A stretch of 53,954 nucleotides of DNA, filler included, from Sphacelaria rigidula (Eukaryota), in NCBI GenBank assembly GCA_964200075.2. It is 2 parts of 2 records of this genome, joined end to end, with 100 filler letters (N's around TTAATTAATTAA, not from the genome) between each part and the next. Parts side by side here need not be neighbours in the genome. Positions count along the whole stretch, not along the records: positions 1 to 26,949 come from CAXNAA020000127.1; 1 more part is not named here. One strand, written 5' to 3'. Positions 1-13,500 of the stretch are shown piece after piece (position 1 is the stretch's first letter; each line of letters opens with the position of its first letter). The position numbers and the translations under genes were made by a program. The notes below the pieces were generated by a model. The model made no database searches. It saw only the letters and a list, made by a program, of their open reading frames with translations, and had not been told where the DNA came from.

Positions 1-73
<73 letters not shown>
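1..73. repeat. (TAA)n microsatellite, truncated by the window start
   Basis: About 24 perfect TAA units. Confidence 0.98.
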
Positions 74-74
<1 letters not shown>

Positions 75-951
75 TCTAGTAAGGGCTTCCCATGTGTGTT
101 GAGCCACGACTCCATCGCCCGGCATGCGTGCTACGCGTGACGTACCGACTCTCCAGCAGAAGTCACGGTTGTATAGATAGAACAGAGAAACTGAAAGATT
201 ACCAGGCACAACTGACGTCTCATGTTATTTTGATTTCGTATACTCTCTGTGGCAACGATTCACAGCACGGGGCAGGTATTGATCGAAAACCTAACCAACT
301 CGCAGGATTCTGGCCGATGCCGGTGCTGTGTGTCCACTCATAGGTGGTGTCGAGAAAAGCGCAAAACATATAATTATTTTTTGTTCCGAGACTCTTTTCA
401 CGTGTTTTGGGAGCTTTCCTGCGACTGGAATTTGGAAAGATGCAGATGTCTGCTTCGGAAAGTCCATGACGAGAGCTTTCATTTGATCTAAGTTTCCACG
501 AGCTAAAAAGCGAGCAGCCGGTGCATGATTCAACTTCACGCGGAATATTCCTTTCGGGTTCCTCGGGGGTCGATCAATGTGCGACAGCCAATCAGTCAAT
601 CTAACGTGGGGGGTGCTGTCATACTCAAGATAGAAATCAACAGTATGTGGACATGGACCTTCTTCATGGCTTCACCGTCACCAATATCCAGTGTGGCAAA
701 ATCTCATCACGTTTTACCACTGCTCGTTTGCCATGATATTCGCAACTAACTATTTATGAACGACCACTTTTTCCCATACAGCTCGTCACTTTTCCTAGGT
801 CTTGTCAGCTCCGGCTTCTGTACGGCTAAGCTCAACTAGCAACGATGATCGATTTCTGCTGATTTGTTCCACCGACTATCGGTGTTGCTGTATCCACACA
901 TCATATCAAGCATGTCTTATTGAGGTAACTTACCTTGAGTGTGCATCTCAC

Positions 952-3900
952 CTCATAATTATCCTGAGCCACTTCAAAAACGATGTTGCCCCTCGCTCGC
1001 GCAAGCTCATCACGAATGGACTGCATCGCATCAGCCTGAAACAACAAACAAGAAATGACACGAGCGATAGCAGGTACGGCGAGGACCACACATCAGGCAC
1101 AGTTAGAAAGATGGAGGCCTCGATGGGGGTCTGATGTACGTACGTCCAGTGCGGGCGTGGTGATTGGGCGATATAAGGAAAATAAGAAACCGTTCATACT
1201 ATTTATCCTTTACACGGCTGTTCCCCCATCCCCTATCCGGAGAGGAAAGCCTGTTTGGATAAGCGTCGAAACCCATTACCGTTTATTCGCGTTGAAACGG
1301 AAACTCTGACCGAAAACCGCTCGCTCATCACAGCACCTATAATAGTGCAACTGAGTTGGTACAGAGATGATCCTACGACAGAGACGCTGTGAACGGTCAA
1401 GGCGATGTTCGGGGTGCTATCGGGCAAAAATCGAGAAACACCAATTTTACACTTCTTGCAGACAGACTACTTCGCCCTTGGCTTGGCTTGAAACTGCGCC
1501 GCGGAAAAAAATATCTGGCGCAGCCGGGAATAGAAGAAACATCAAGCAGTTCTCAAAGTCTCCAAGTTTTTCTCGAGTATTTCTCTGTAAAAAATGGGCA
1601 GCTTCGCCGAGAGCGCGTCAAGGATTGTACTGTACTGCTTTGAGTTTTGACTTTTCGCCTGCGTTATGCTCTTCCAACGCGGGACAGTCGAAAGCGGTCG
1701 CTTGTTGGTGCGAAAAAGGGGTCTGGGACATGAAAGTGTCTCTTCGGTGGAGCTCTCTTGCGATCTGGTTTGCATCGTGAGCAGAGCGCACGCGTTGGTA
1801 GGCAATGCAACTATGACACGACAACGGCCTCCGCTCAGCTATCAAGCATTTATATCCTGTGAGACACAGCAGATGGTGGGTCTTTCGTCTCGTTCCTATA
1901 AGCCGGACAACGTACGTTGCTTCCTGTGGGAGCGGCGTGCTGCCGTTAGTACAACCGACTGCAATAGAGCAACTTCAGTATATACACAGCATAGTACAGC
2001 TCGTACAGAGCAGTGCCTCACCGACATGTAGTCAGTCGGTTTTACGTTACTCCGGTCATAAATATAAGATACAAAAGATGGACGGAGCGTCAGTGCATGT
2101 GCCCCATATTTATTTGCAGATTGATTGAGAGGAAATTTCGAGCGGGCCGCAGCCGCAGATTTAGACACCGCACTTTTCACCACAACGCTAGCCCTGCGGA
2201 GGTGCTTCCAGGCCTTCATCGCCGATACCCCCGTGCCATGCATGCCCCATTATTGTGATACCACGAGTTGGAATTTTCGCACGGTTAGGACATATCAGAG
2301 TTCATACGAGTCGACTCCTCATGATGCGAAAGCAGTCATGCTGTATGACCTGTTGGTCCCGCTGAGTCGAGGGTGGATAACGCATATGCAGCGCAGTCAT
2401 CTTGCGCGCATTACAGCTGTGCGAGAATCACGCATGGTTCAGGGCCCATCGGAAGTGAGGATTCAACCTGTACAACTTGTTGGTCCCGCATTAGCCCGAA
2501 GGTGGGAAAAATGTATGGGCGCTCACCTCGAACGAGTTGGTCAAGCAAGTTGTACATGACGTTCCCAACTCATGATGGTGAGAGGTGCGTGGCATGTACA
2601 ATCGATGTATTCAAATTTGCAGTGCAGGGTTGGCTATGTGCCCATTATTTACCCCGGTATTCAAGGAAGGTTACAAGCGGGTATCTTTGGGTTATACTGC
2701 ACGAAGCACGAGCTGAGAACCTGTGTGAATCACAGATGATGTACGAATAGTATGATTTATTCGTTGAAATGATGAATACGAGTTGAATCACGAGTTGAGT
2801 CGTCCTAAGGGTGAGTTTTTGCCTACAGAGCCGTGTGGAGGCAGCTTGAGTTAGTTGTCCATACCACACAAGGACGATCATGGTGAAATATTTGTTTTGC
2901 TCAAGGTAGTACAGCGGCGGCACAGTAGTAGCATATCTGTGTTTCTCCGCGGTGATATGAGATGCTGCGGTGGCTGTTGGACCGAAGAAACGGGGTCCGG
3001 TAGCCGTCCGGGAGAAACAAATAATTAGCACATTTTCTCCATATAAAAATAAAAGTTTTTGTGTTTCCTTATATCGCCAATGCACCCCCACACCGTACAT
3101 CAGGCCTCCATTTCACAGTACCGAAGCACACAAGTCTTTTGACAGTATATGGCAGACCGGCAAAACAGACACGAGGGAGAAGCACGACGAGGGGGGGTCG
3201 GTTACCTATCAATTACGTCTGCTTCCAGAAAACGAAAAGGGGAGGCAATGTGGTCAATATTAATAACATGTCGCACGAAACAAGAAGACTCCTAACAGTA
3301 CAGTTATTCATGATATCCGCGTATACTCTAAATTTGAAACACACGACGTGATGAGATCGCTGACAATTTCAACACCAGACGAGAGCAGAATACACATGTA
3401 TCCCATCGACACACATGTATCCCACAGTGGGCGCTGTACTTTCCATTTTTTTTCTTGTACCGCCACGTAAAGGAGCGTCCAGCTGTCGTCTGATGCAAAT
3501 CGTGTACTGTAACAAAAACACAAGCTTTTTTTAGATGGATGCCATCGTACAAACAGAACAGGAACCCACAACGAAGGCAAAACACCGGTCTCGCTGAGCA
3601 ACCAACACATCGCCAAAATCAACAAAATAACGGTGCACATGTACACACAGAGCATGGGCGACACAGATCCCAACACACGCTACAGAACAAAGCCCTGAAG
3701 GCACTGATGCCAGCTGACAGTTTCACCTGCTTTTCGACCTGGTGCTGGACGTTCTCTATCGCGCTCTTGACCGACTCATGCAACTCGCCGAGGCCGTCTA
3801 GCGCTCTCACGACCTGCACGCCAAAGAACCCCCCCGAACGCGTAAAAAAAAAAAAAAACGCCGCAGCACGTGCAGACAGAATCACTTCTCAGACGAATCA

Positions 3901-4446
3901 ACTCGAACAAAAATGCGCAATATCTTGAGTAGGTGAGATGGTGAGATGGTGAGATGGGGCTAATCTTACACTTCGACCGCCGAAAACCCGAAAACAAAAC
4001 GCGGGATGTCGCTGACGAAAATATTCAAAATGCAAACGTATGCAACTCAATGGAAATTTCACCGTGGCCTGCCTCAGATCAACCCCGCAGATGGTCCCGG
4101 GCCAGATTCCGACAAAGCGGGCTATGTTCGATCGAGATGGGGCACAGGCACAGGCACAGGCACAGGCATCGAGAATCCACGAAAACAAAAAGAGCTGCAA
4201 CCTTTCCATTGCACCGCATGCCCTCAACTTCCCATCCAAGCATGTGATCCATGAAATATATCAGGGTTGTAAAACGCTGCGAGTTAAGGTGTGCACCCTT
4301 TGGCACGTTTGTTTCAGCAGGTGCTGTCATTGTCGCACGCTCCGCTTTTACTCTACACTGGCTCTGCAGAACGTGGCCACTACATCCAGCAAGGCACGTC
4401 ATGCACCACGGCACAACGAAGAAGCAATGCTCAACATACCTCGCTG

Positions 4447-4519
<73 letters not shown>

Positions 4520-7500
4520 GCTCAATCAAACGAGACAAGATCAGACGAGTTTAATCCTGTTATTTTTACACAGTCAACACAGTCACCTTATTCGATAAAA
4601 AAAAAACGTACATTAGATGCGAAGAGCACGCTCTGACAATCCTGGGGTTCGATAAATCCGATCCATCTCCTAAAAAACATCCACGGGGATCATTACCCAC
4701 GGTCAACACTGAAACATAACTCTCACTCCACAAACTCTGATACTGTCAAGCGATATCACGACTGGAGGATAACCTGAAAGTACCGCATATATATGTACAC
4801 ATATATTCTCCTGAGTGTATATACTCAGTTTTACAGCAATGACAGTGCCGTGTATTTTTCATCTGATTACTCCATATGGTAAAAACTCGATATTCGATAC
4901 TCTGGTCGCGTAAAAGCGCACTGCTGGACATTGCCATAGTTTTATGTATCTTAACCTGAGTGGTCATATTTGCATGACTTTCATTTCCTTCCATGACCAC
5001 ACTTCCCACTTTTTCCAGTTCCATGATTGCGGCGCTTGCTGATGACAGGCTCTCCTCGTATTCCTGCAAGGAGGAAAAACCAAGACGTGGCGTGAAGGGT
5101 CAACTACAGCACTGCAGAAGAAGCGAGCATTCATCTCGCGCGGCATGGTGCGCCGCAAAATGCACCATGGAACCAAGTGCAGCGTACTGTTACAGCATAG
5201 AGGAGAAATCGGCTATGTCTCAAGTATGATCCAGAATACCGCAGTGCGCGCGTACCACGTTAGGTGCGGTATGACATGCAAGTGCAGCATAGTGCAGCAG
5301 AGTCGTCATCGTTGTACTATTGTTTGTCATCTGCATCATAGGACAGCTTACCTGAACGATCAGTGCAGTATTTAGTCGTGCAAGCATATTGTCGCGTACA
5401 GCAAAAGCGAAATGAAGTACAAGACCGCGTGCCGCAAATTGAGCAGCATAACAGCGCACTGTACTCGCGAGCTCTCCAAGCCCCGAGTCTGAACGCAACA
5501 CCTTCTTCCGCCGTTCACGTCGACACTATACCGCGGGTGATGCACAATACCGCCTTGGTAACGAAACAACTTTTCTGATAGTGCACTCACTTGTCGGAGC
5601 CATAGCGGTTACAATTACCACGGGACGGGACGGGTCAGAATCGTCTTGCTTCTCCGAAAACGTGGAGCTCGGAAGCATCATTGCCGTAGCGCGCGCGGGG
5701 AACGTGAGGTATTGCTGTCCTTCATCACCTGCGACACGTTTTGCTACTAGTAGGTGTACTAGCTACTGTGTCGGTCACTTGCGCTTGCTAGTCTAGTATG
5801 GGTTATCTTGAACACCACCTACTTGATAGAACCGCTGGCCCGCCACGGCACAAAGATTGTCGGATAAATAGACACATACACCAACCAGGGTAACCCACCT
5901 TCAGTTGTTCGACAGCGCTAGCTTGTGTCTTGAAAAGCCCCCCAAAATTCCTGTGCACGAGGGGAACAAACGAGTTGTGAAATACGTGAAGCATGCAGGT
6001 TCAAAGCATGGTCCACATGTTTTTGTATTCCAGGCACAAACATTTCAAGACACGGGCTCTAGCCTCAGACATGAATCTTGATGTAGTGGGAGATGACAGG
6101 CTGCCGCAGGGTCAAAATCACAGCCAGCACTAAGTTCTCGTGCGATATGCCCGTAAATGACAGCGTGATGCCTTCACGCAACAACAGAAAACACTAAAAC
6201 TAGCCACCCGCCATCATTCCACCCAGATCAGACACACTCATTCCAATCTGCACTGGACAGACGGTGGTATTCCGCCGGGTGCGACCCTGTGTACAGCACG
6301 TGAGGGTCAGGGACACGAAGTGCCATCATGTACCTGTCCTCGATCTCAATCTTCTCCCCTATTGAGCCCAGCTCCTGCGCCAGCACCAGCCTTATGAGCT
6401 CATCTTCTTGCTCTGCCGACAGCTGAGGCGGGAGCGGTGGTGCGCCTGGAGGCTGCGGGAAGATACACACAACACACACGGTACCGAAGCGGCTCGTTGT
6501 CAAAGAGACTCGTAGCTCACGCTAGGATCAAAGCTTCATTTAATTACTTACAGGAAACACGAATATGTTGTATCTATATATTTCGTAGGAATTATCTCGA
6601 ATCACGAGTTCAGCGCGATATTCTCGGCTAGAATTTTCAGTTTTGAAGAAAGCGGGCCCTACATTTTCAGCTAGGATTCTTCAAAGCGGGTCACCACGTA
6701 CAGTGCAAAACACAGGGTATGGCGTGCGATTCCCCCCCTGGTTCGGAAAATACCCGGTGTGCTCCATCCCGGCTTGTAGGGATGCGAGGTCAATGGTCAT
6801 ATGACTACGGCATGCAAGATCATGAGTACACCTCCCCTCCCCCCGCTTCCCCTCTGGTGTAGATTTTGCAATCGTAAATTTCTCGGCAACCGGCGGTCAG
6901 CCAAGCCCACATCACCGGAGGTTCACGTAGATGGAAAACGTGGTCATTTTTGAATCCATAGGAGTTTGTTCTGCTTCGTGAAAAAACCGAGGCCGAAACA
7001 GCTCATCAATTGGAGGGTGTAACACTCCGTTCCCTACAAGGAAGTTGGCGGGTACGATGTACAAGTAGGATCAAGCTCACCACGGTAGCATCCACATGCC
7101 ATGCGCTGCCGCCCGATGGCAGTATGGAAGAGTAATAATCACACACGAGCGAGAGCGATCAGAGCCGTCTGTGCGCTAGTTGGGCTTCAGCAACGAATTC
7201 CTTGTTTCAAGCTGTCCAATGAACCGCGCGATATCGCCTTGCAACGTTTTGTGCGCAACATGAACTCGAAGGTAGTGCTGCCACAACAAACATATTACAC
7301 TGCACTACACTACACTAGTCACAGTCTTTCTCTGAAACGCTTCACTCAGTCTTCGCAGTCGGGAGATAGCTATAGGCACCGTCTATGGTAATGTTGCCGC
7401 CGACGCGGGTTGTCGTAGCTCTCTAAGAAGTGGATGGATTCCCGCCAAAACATGCCTTGTGTGCGTGCGTGACGGTGAGAAGGGGTAGGCTCAGGGCTAT

Positions 7501-9913
7501 TATTGCGTATATACTGGAAGTATCTGTGGGTGTTGTTGAGCCGCGCAGGCACAAAGTGCAACCAAAGCTCTGTGTTTATTTTTGCTCGCACCCTAAAAGA
7601 AGCACCGCTTTTTCACATGACATCCATGCCACCCCAAATAGACACAACCTCCTCCGCTACTCCCACCCGACATTCGATACACCGCCGAAAAGCTGTAGAA
7701 GTAGGTAGCCCTTCCAAGCAACACTTACCTTGATGCAAGGGTGGTCGTGGCTGGGTAGCTACCACGCTTTTCACCATCGGCACACGCTTTCTATCGTGCA
7801 GCACTGTTTTTGTCAGGCATACACAACTCCGTCGCTCCATAAAAAAAACGCCCCCTTGTGCCCATAACGCGCAGGATTGAACGACGTGAAGTACTGCAAT
7901 GGATTCACGTTTCTGCATCCAAAACACACATGGAGGTGCCTTTTTTTCGTTGACGGTATCTTTGCCGCCAGTAGAAATGGTCTAGATGTTCAACCCCTTT
8001 GCCGTCCATGCGCTAGCAGAAGGCTTTGTCTTTTCCACCGAGGGTTCGGACTCGTTGAGTTTTAGGAAGAGACAACGCCTGCATGTCAACAAGGGAGTTC
8101 GGGCCAACTAGGCGATTACCACGCACACCGCTTGTGCCTTCTCCTGGCAAAATTTGCACACCGCCGCAGCTGCTCTACAATCGCGCACGTATCTCCTCTG
8201 TTGTAAGGACCGTTTTATCCAGAGGGAAGAATTGATAATTAAATGACGAGAATGAGAAAGACCTGACGGTTCACAACCTCATGATCACGAGAAATCGTCG
8301 GTCTTTTCCATCGAAGGCAGAAAACAATGATACAGTTATGTGATGTAAATGACGTGACAACAACCCGCGAACAGACCAGGACCCAGCAGGGCGGCGATCA
8401 CACGCGAGGTGCATCGGCATGGTCGCACGGTCGGAACACGGACAGTCTCTCGGATGAGGAATAGGAGACGCCGCCGCCGCCGCCGCCACCGCAGCATCAG
8501 TATCGACACCGGCTGATTCAGCCTCAGACACAACCGCACACAGCTGGTTGTGGTGATGGTGATGGTGGTGGTACAGCAGCAGCTGCTGCTGCTGCAGTTG
8601 CTTCTCTTCCTCGTGCGAGAAACGGTCCACATTTCGATTGTGCGACAATACCGATGCACCTCGCGCGTGATTGCTAACCTGCTGGCAGCCCCTGCCCGAT
8701 CTACCCGCCGATGGGTCCATGCTTGCCCACTCAGGAGGAGTGCTGGGAGACATAACTGTGCGCATCTCTCTTTTTTCCTGTGCACCTCGGGTATGTGGTC
8801 CTATATGTGATCATGAGCCGAACACCCACGCGTGGCAACCATTTCACATTCTCTTCTGCATTCTCATCAGAATGTTCCTCCGTTCTCACAAAAAAAAAAA
8901 TCAAAAGTGACTAATCTTTGTGACAATAATTTCGGGGGCGATGGGAATAGAGCATCAGCCCTCAACCGATTAGAAAGACAAAAAAAACACAAGTGAAGTA
9001 CCAGGATTGTCCTCAAGATCACAGAGCATTCTCATTATTTTTGTCTCCATATTACGAAGCCTCAGCGTCAACGGCAACGCTAGCGACGGCAGCGCTACGC
9101 GAGACGAAGGCACACAGGTCGCAGCCATCCTGTTCGCGACATGCGTTGCACAATCATAAGCTAGACTGCCATAAAATCCTCCCAACATGATTAGTCAACC
9201 ATGATAGGTTGCTGTGTACTATAATCCTATTGACCAAAAAAGAAAATACGCGAACTCGTTCCAGCGCACGAGCGTCTGCTACTACCCGTATTGCCTTCCT
9301 CGTCTCCAATACTTGTACGACCACCCTCCACAGGACTGTCAGTAGCTGCGTGCAGTATCCTGCGTATGCACACACGCTACACCCATGGTACTGCACAACC
9401 TATTGTGCAATGCACCTGACTACATCTTACAGTCAGTATCGCCACATTACCATGAAGTTGGATCCAACCGACACTTAAAGCTGCATCACAGACGTGCAGA
9501 CACTGACAGTACGCACAGACAACAGTGCAGTACAGCACAGGCAGTAATACAAACTCTCCGCATGAATCAGAATAGTGTATACTCACCGGCAGCATGAACA
9601 CGCGGCACACCGCCAGAAACGCCACGAGGACAGCACACGTACAGGTAGGCATTAGCCTGGGAAGTGACACAGGATCACTCAACCGCCTGTATACCTCCCC
9701 AACCAGCGCCCCCCCACCTGCTGCCGTCCCCACTCCCTCCTCGCTATCTGCCCGTTGGCGGGGCATGACTTGCCTCGTAGTAGGAGGCGTATCATGGGCT
9801 GACTGGGATCTTGTGTTAGCCGGTGAATTAGTGGAGGTCCCCACGCCACCTACGCCACGACTTCTACTCTTGCCCTTTCCTTTCCCGGTGCTTTCATTCG
9901 GTCCAGCCATCAT
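952..9913 (-). CDS. Multi-exon gene, hypothetical protein with an N-terminal hydrophobic (TM-like) segment and coiled coils; partial model that probably continues below 952
   Basis: Exons with AG/GT borders: 9913-9587 (MMAGPNES...VLVAFLAVCRVFMLP|gtgagt), 9345-~9286 (LLTVLWRVVVQVLETRK), 6452-6334 (PPGAPP...EDELIRLVLAQELGSIGEKIEIED), 5950-5899 (NFGGLFKTQASAVEQLK), 5063-4956 (EYEESLSSASAAIMELEK...TTQ), 3813-3727 (VVRALDGLGELHESVKSAIENVQHQVEKQ), 1035-952 (ADAMQSIRDELARARGNIVFEVAQDNYE). The four exons from 6452 to 3727 join in phase. Exons in 9.2-6.5 kb and 3.7-1.0 kb are unresolved. Confidence 0.65.
4451..4518. repeat. (GT)34 microsatellite, intronic
   Basis: Perfect dinucleotide run. Confidence 0.98.
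6729..6816 (+). repeat. Dispersed repeat fragment, copy 1
   Basis: ccccccctggttcggaaaatacccggtgtgctccatcccggcttgtagggatgcgaggtcaatggtcatatgactac matches the reverse complement of 27083-27174. Confidence 0.8.
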
Positions 9914-10502
9914 CGGGCGCGAGGATCGCTGTCGGTGATACGTGCCCTCGGCCGTAGATACATTAGCCCCGGCTGCGGGTGGTAGGACCCGCGATTGAAT
10001 GAAACCGTCACAAAAGTTTATCGATTTTCCTGGATTTTCGCGCGTTTTGTTCCGACGAAACGATACACCGACGACAAGCCGGACTATTTTGCAATCTACT
10101 ACGTGACTTGGGATGATCACACGACAAGCTGCACGATGTTACAATCTACGTAATTTGACTACTGATACTATCATTTGTGAACGGCAAATAAATGGTGGGG
10201 ATTTTACTACCGATACAACTCGTGCCGCGCCTAATTCCACTACATTGTCGTGTACTTCTCGTACATCCCTCCTTCCAGAGCTGGCTCTCTGTATACTGTG
10301 TTGTGTGCTGTAATGTCGGCATGGAATTCCGGTAGCAGTGACACGTGCACTACAGCACGACACGAGTAGACATGTGATGGCGGCACTTCCACATTGTCGA
10401 TATCGTAGGCCCGACCGCACTGCGACTTCGCGTCTACTGTTCTAGGTGTGAAAAAGGACAAGCCCCAGAAAAGCGTGTGCTCGTCGTACCGAAGTGGAAC
10501 AC

Positions 10503-13500
10503 ATGCCCTCCATCAAGCCAGTAGAATCCGATGATGATAGCGATGACACGTCGGCCTTCTACTCTGCGAGTGACGGTTGCTCTGAACACTCCGACGACCC
10601 AAACTCGGGTGCTGATAACGCCAACGACGCCAACAGTAGCACCAATGATGAGGATAACGGAGAAACACGCTACCCTCCCGCCGACGAACAGGCCACCACC
10701 ACTACAAGTACTACTGGTGCTGGAGAAAGCAAAAGTACATCACGTGTACAAGAAACAACAGGTGGAACGGTTGAAAATACTAAAGCTAACGACGACTTCG
10801 TTGGAACATGTGCGACGGTCGCTGTCGTGGATAGAGCGTCACCAAGGAGCTGCATGTTGCTTGCACCCAGAGTAGTAGCAGCTGATACAAGAGTCGTAGC
10901 CTGTACGAGTGCTTCAGCTAGGAAAAAAGAACGCCACAGGCTACTCCAACCGCCACCCGATGACCCAGCCCGACCGACGATACCGAACGAGAAAAATGGG
11001 GACACATCTAAGTCTACCACATCGGTGGTGCCTCCAGATTTTTCAGCGACGGTGGGAGCCGCGGATCAACAACAGTCGCAGGCAGTAGTGTTTCATGATC
11101 GCCATCGGGTCTCTGAGTATCAGTCGGCAAGGGTGGCAAAGGTTAACCCCGTGGAGGAGAATCTCGGAAATGCCGGCGGACTATACGCCTTTTTCGCGGC
11201 CATCACGGTATTTGGTCTCAAGGCAGAGGTGGGTGAGCACGTTATTCACGCCGTATTCGCTTTCGAAGTTGGCGCACATGGCCGGAATATTTAATGTACT
11301 AGATACTCGGTCGACGAAAGTTATACCCTTTAACTTGCAATACTGCACGAGCCAGGTGTTGACTTTTTCGGGGTATATATTCGTGTTGGTAGACGCGAGC
11401 GCACGACCAGCAGGGCGACCGGCAGAGTGACACTCGGAAGTTGTCTTGCAACACTGCGCCAGTTAGGCCTTTACGTGCGCTTACTGCGGTAAATTCGGAA
11501 TAAGCGAATTCAATATCCTAGATAAAAAAACGAAAATGCATGGCAAAAAGTTGACGCCTGGCTCGTGAAATACTGCAAGTTAACTTTTCCGTATCGCCAT
11601 CATCCCATCAGTCATATATTTTGTAGGTAGTGTCAGACAACATGGTACAGTAGCAGGAAGTACCTGGACACAAAAAATGCTTGACATCACATTCATCTGC
11701 TAACGGTTGAGGCGATTGGATTCGTCGCTTTGTAGAGAACAACGGGATACGCTCTCTAATTGAGTAAAATTAAGCTTGTTCACACGTTCTTCTGTGTCGG
11801 CGTTTTTTGGCCCCCTCGCCCTTGAAGTTTCCTTACAATCATGTTGTCTATGATTTTTGTATTTTGAGTTTTGCCGCCTGACTATTTTTTTGGTTCGAAT
11901 TTCCCCCTCATTCCTCTTCTGCGCATAGCCATTCAGCTCGTTCCTCGCCTTTCCCCCGTTAATATATACATCTAGTAACCATAGTATCTCCATATAAAAT
12001 GCAAGGACTGGGAGCGCTTGGTGATGGGTCGGGACTTATCGCACGCCGTCCCCGCTAAATGGGTGACGAGCTGCAATGCAGTACTTGTAAGTAGAGAAGC
12101 GTATGTTTGCTCACGATGGCAGTGTTGAACACTTTGCTCCCGTTTTTTCCGCGTGCACCAACTCAGCTTCCAATGGTGCTGAAGTCACACGACGCCCCCC
12201 GGGCGGTTGTGCGACTGCGCGATGAGCGCGGCACAATCGTCGACACGGCGGAGAGGCAAATTTCCCTTGATGGGAACACCAAGGCTCGACCTACCACCTG
12301 GTGTGAGGAGCTCCAGGCAAGAAGGGTCGGATTTTCCGTGGCCAGTAGCTTCAGACAGCACAGCCAACGTCTTTCGCAAATACAACGCCTGCGAATAATG
12401 TGTTTTTTGCGGCTAGTACGATACAGAGCAGGGTCAGGTTAATGTCTCCATATTTATCGTGTTATAAACACACATGATACCATTCGGGTACCGCCTGATG
12501 ATACACAGTCAGAATGGCTAGGTAACTTGCAGCTATTATCCATCCTGTTTCACTGGGAAGTTTTATCGATGCTACGAAACAGAGAGCGACTCCGCACTCC
12601 GCAGTCTCTGTCGACTTCTATAATACATGATCATCATACTACGATAAACAATACGTACTCTGTTAGGATTACACCGTCGGTTGATGGTGTGGGATCTTGC
12701 TGACATGGTGTTGCTTCCCCCTTCTGACCTAGTGTAGCTTTTGATTGCTCGAGAACGAACATCTATTCCACCAAAAGGCTGTGTGCAAGGGCATATAATA
12801 TTTTAAGTACAATCACGATCGGTTGCCTTTTCCTCGTACCGTCACCAGTGTTCCATAATAGGTCACCCATTATCGTGGGTGAAAGCATGGTATGTTCTTC
12901 ATCGAAGCTCGGGAATTTGCCGTATCCTTGAAAACTTCAACAGAACCTCCCATCGCTCATACCCGCCACGCTGACCCACCTCGTTTCAGATCCCGATCCT
13001 ACCTGACGTAGAGGGACTTCTGTTAGAGCTCCTGTTCATTCATCCTCATACCGTCGGCAACAATACTCTCGACGCAAATATCCAACCATCTACAATCTTC
13101 CCCGATGGAGCACCAGAGGTCGACAGCAACCACATCCACGACGACAACCCCACCAGTACGTCGCAACGACCGCCCGCAAATGGTTCTCATCCAGACTCGG
13201 CGACAAATGTTTCACTCAGCGACAACAAAGACGTATTTCCTGGGCAACGACGTGAACGAGAGCAGAACATCAGGGGTACCGAGAAGCCCAAAATTACGCA
13301 TGTAGCGGCCGTAGCTCTCCTGTTGTCGCAAGTAGCCCAGGATTGGAGGACGATGGAATCGCCACTGTTCGACACCGCTGGTACCGTAGTTGGAAAGATT
13401 AAGACTGCTGCTAGGATCACCGGGTGTCAGGCCGCCGATACCCTGCTGAAGCAAGCAACTACTTCGAAGGGCAGCGAGGCTGTGAATGCCATGTATGGCC

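Noticed and set aside
1..73. Telomere-like repeat at the window start
   Set aside because: TAA triplet microsatellite with no G-rich telomeric unit.
4040..4636. ORFs with CVCVCV / THTHTH runs
   Set aside because: Translations of the (GT)n microsatellite and a (GGCACA)n repeat.
8271..8810. Poly-Q/H/A ORF suggesting a transcription factor
   Set aside because: Produced by trinucleotide repeats that leave several frames open; I could not phase it confidently into the gene model.
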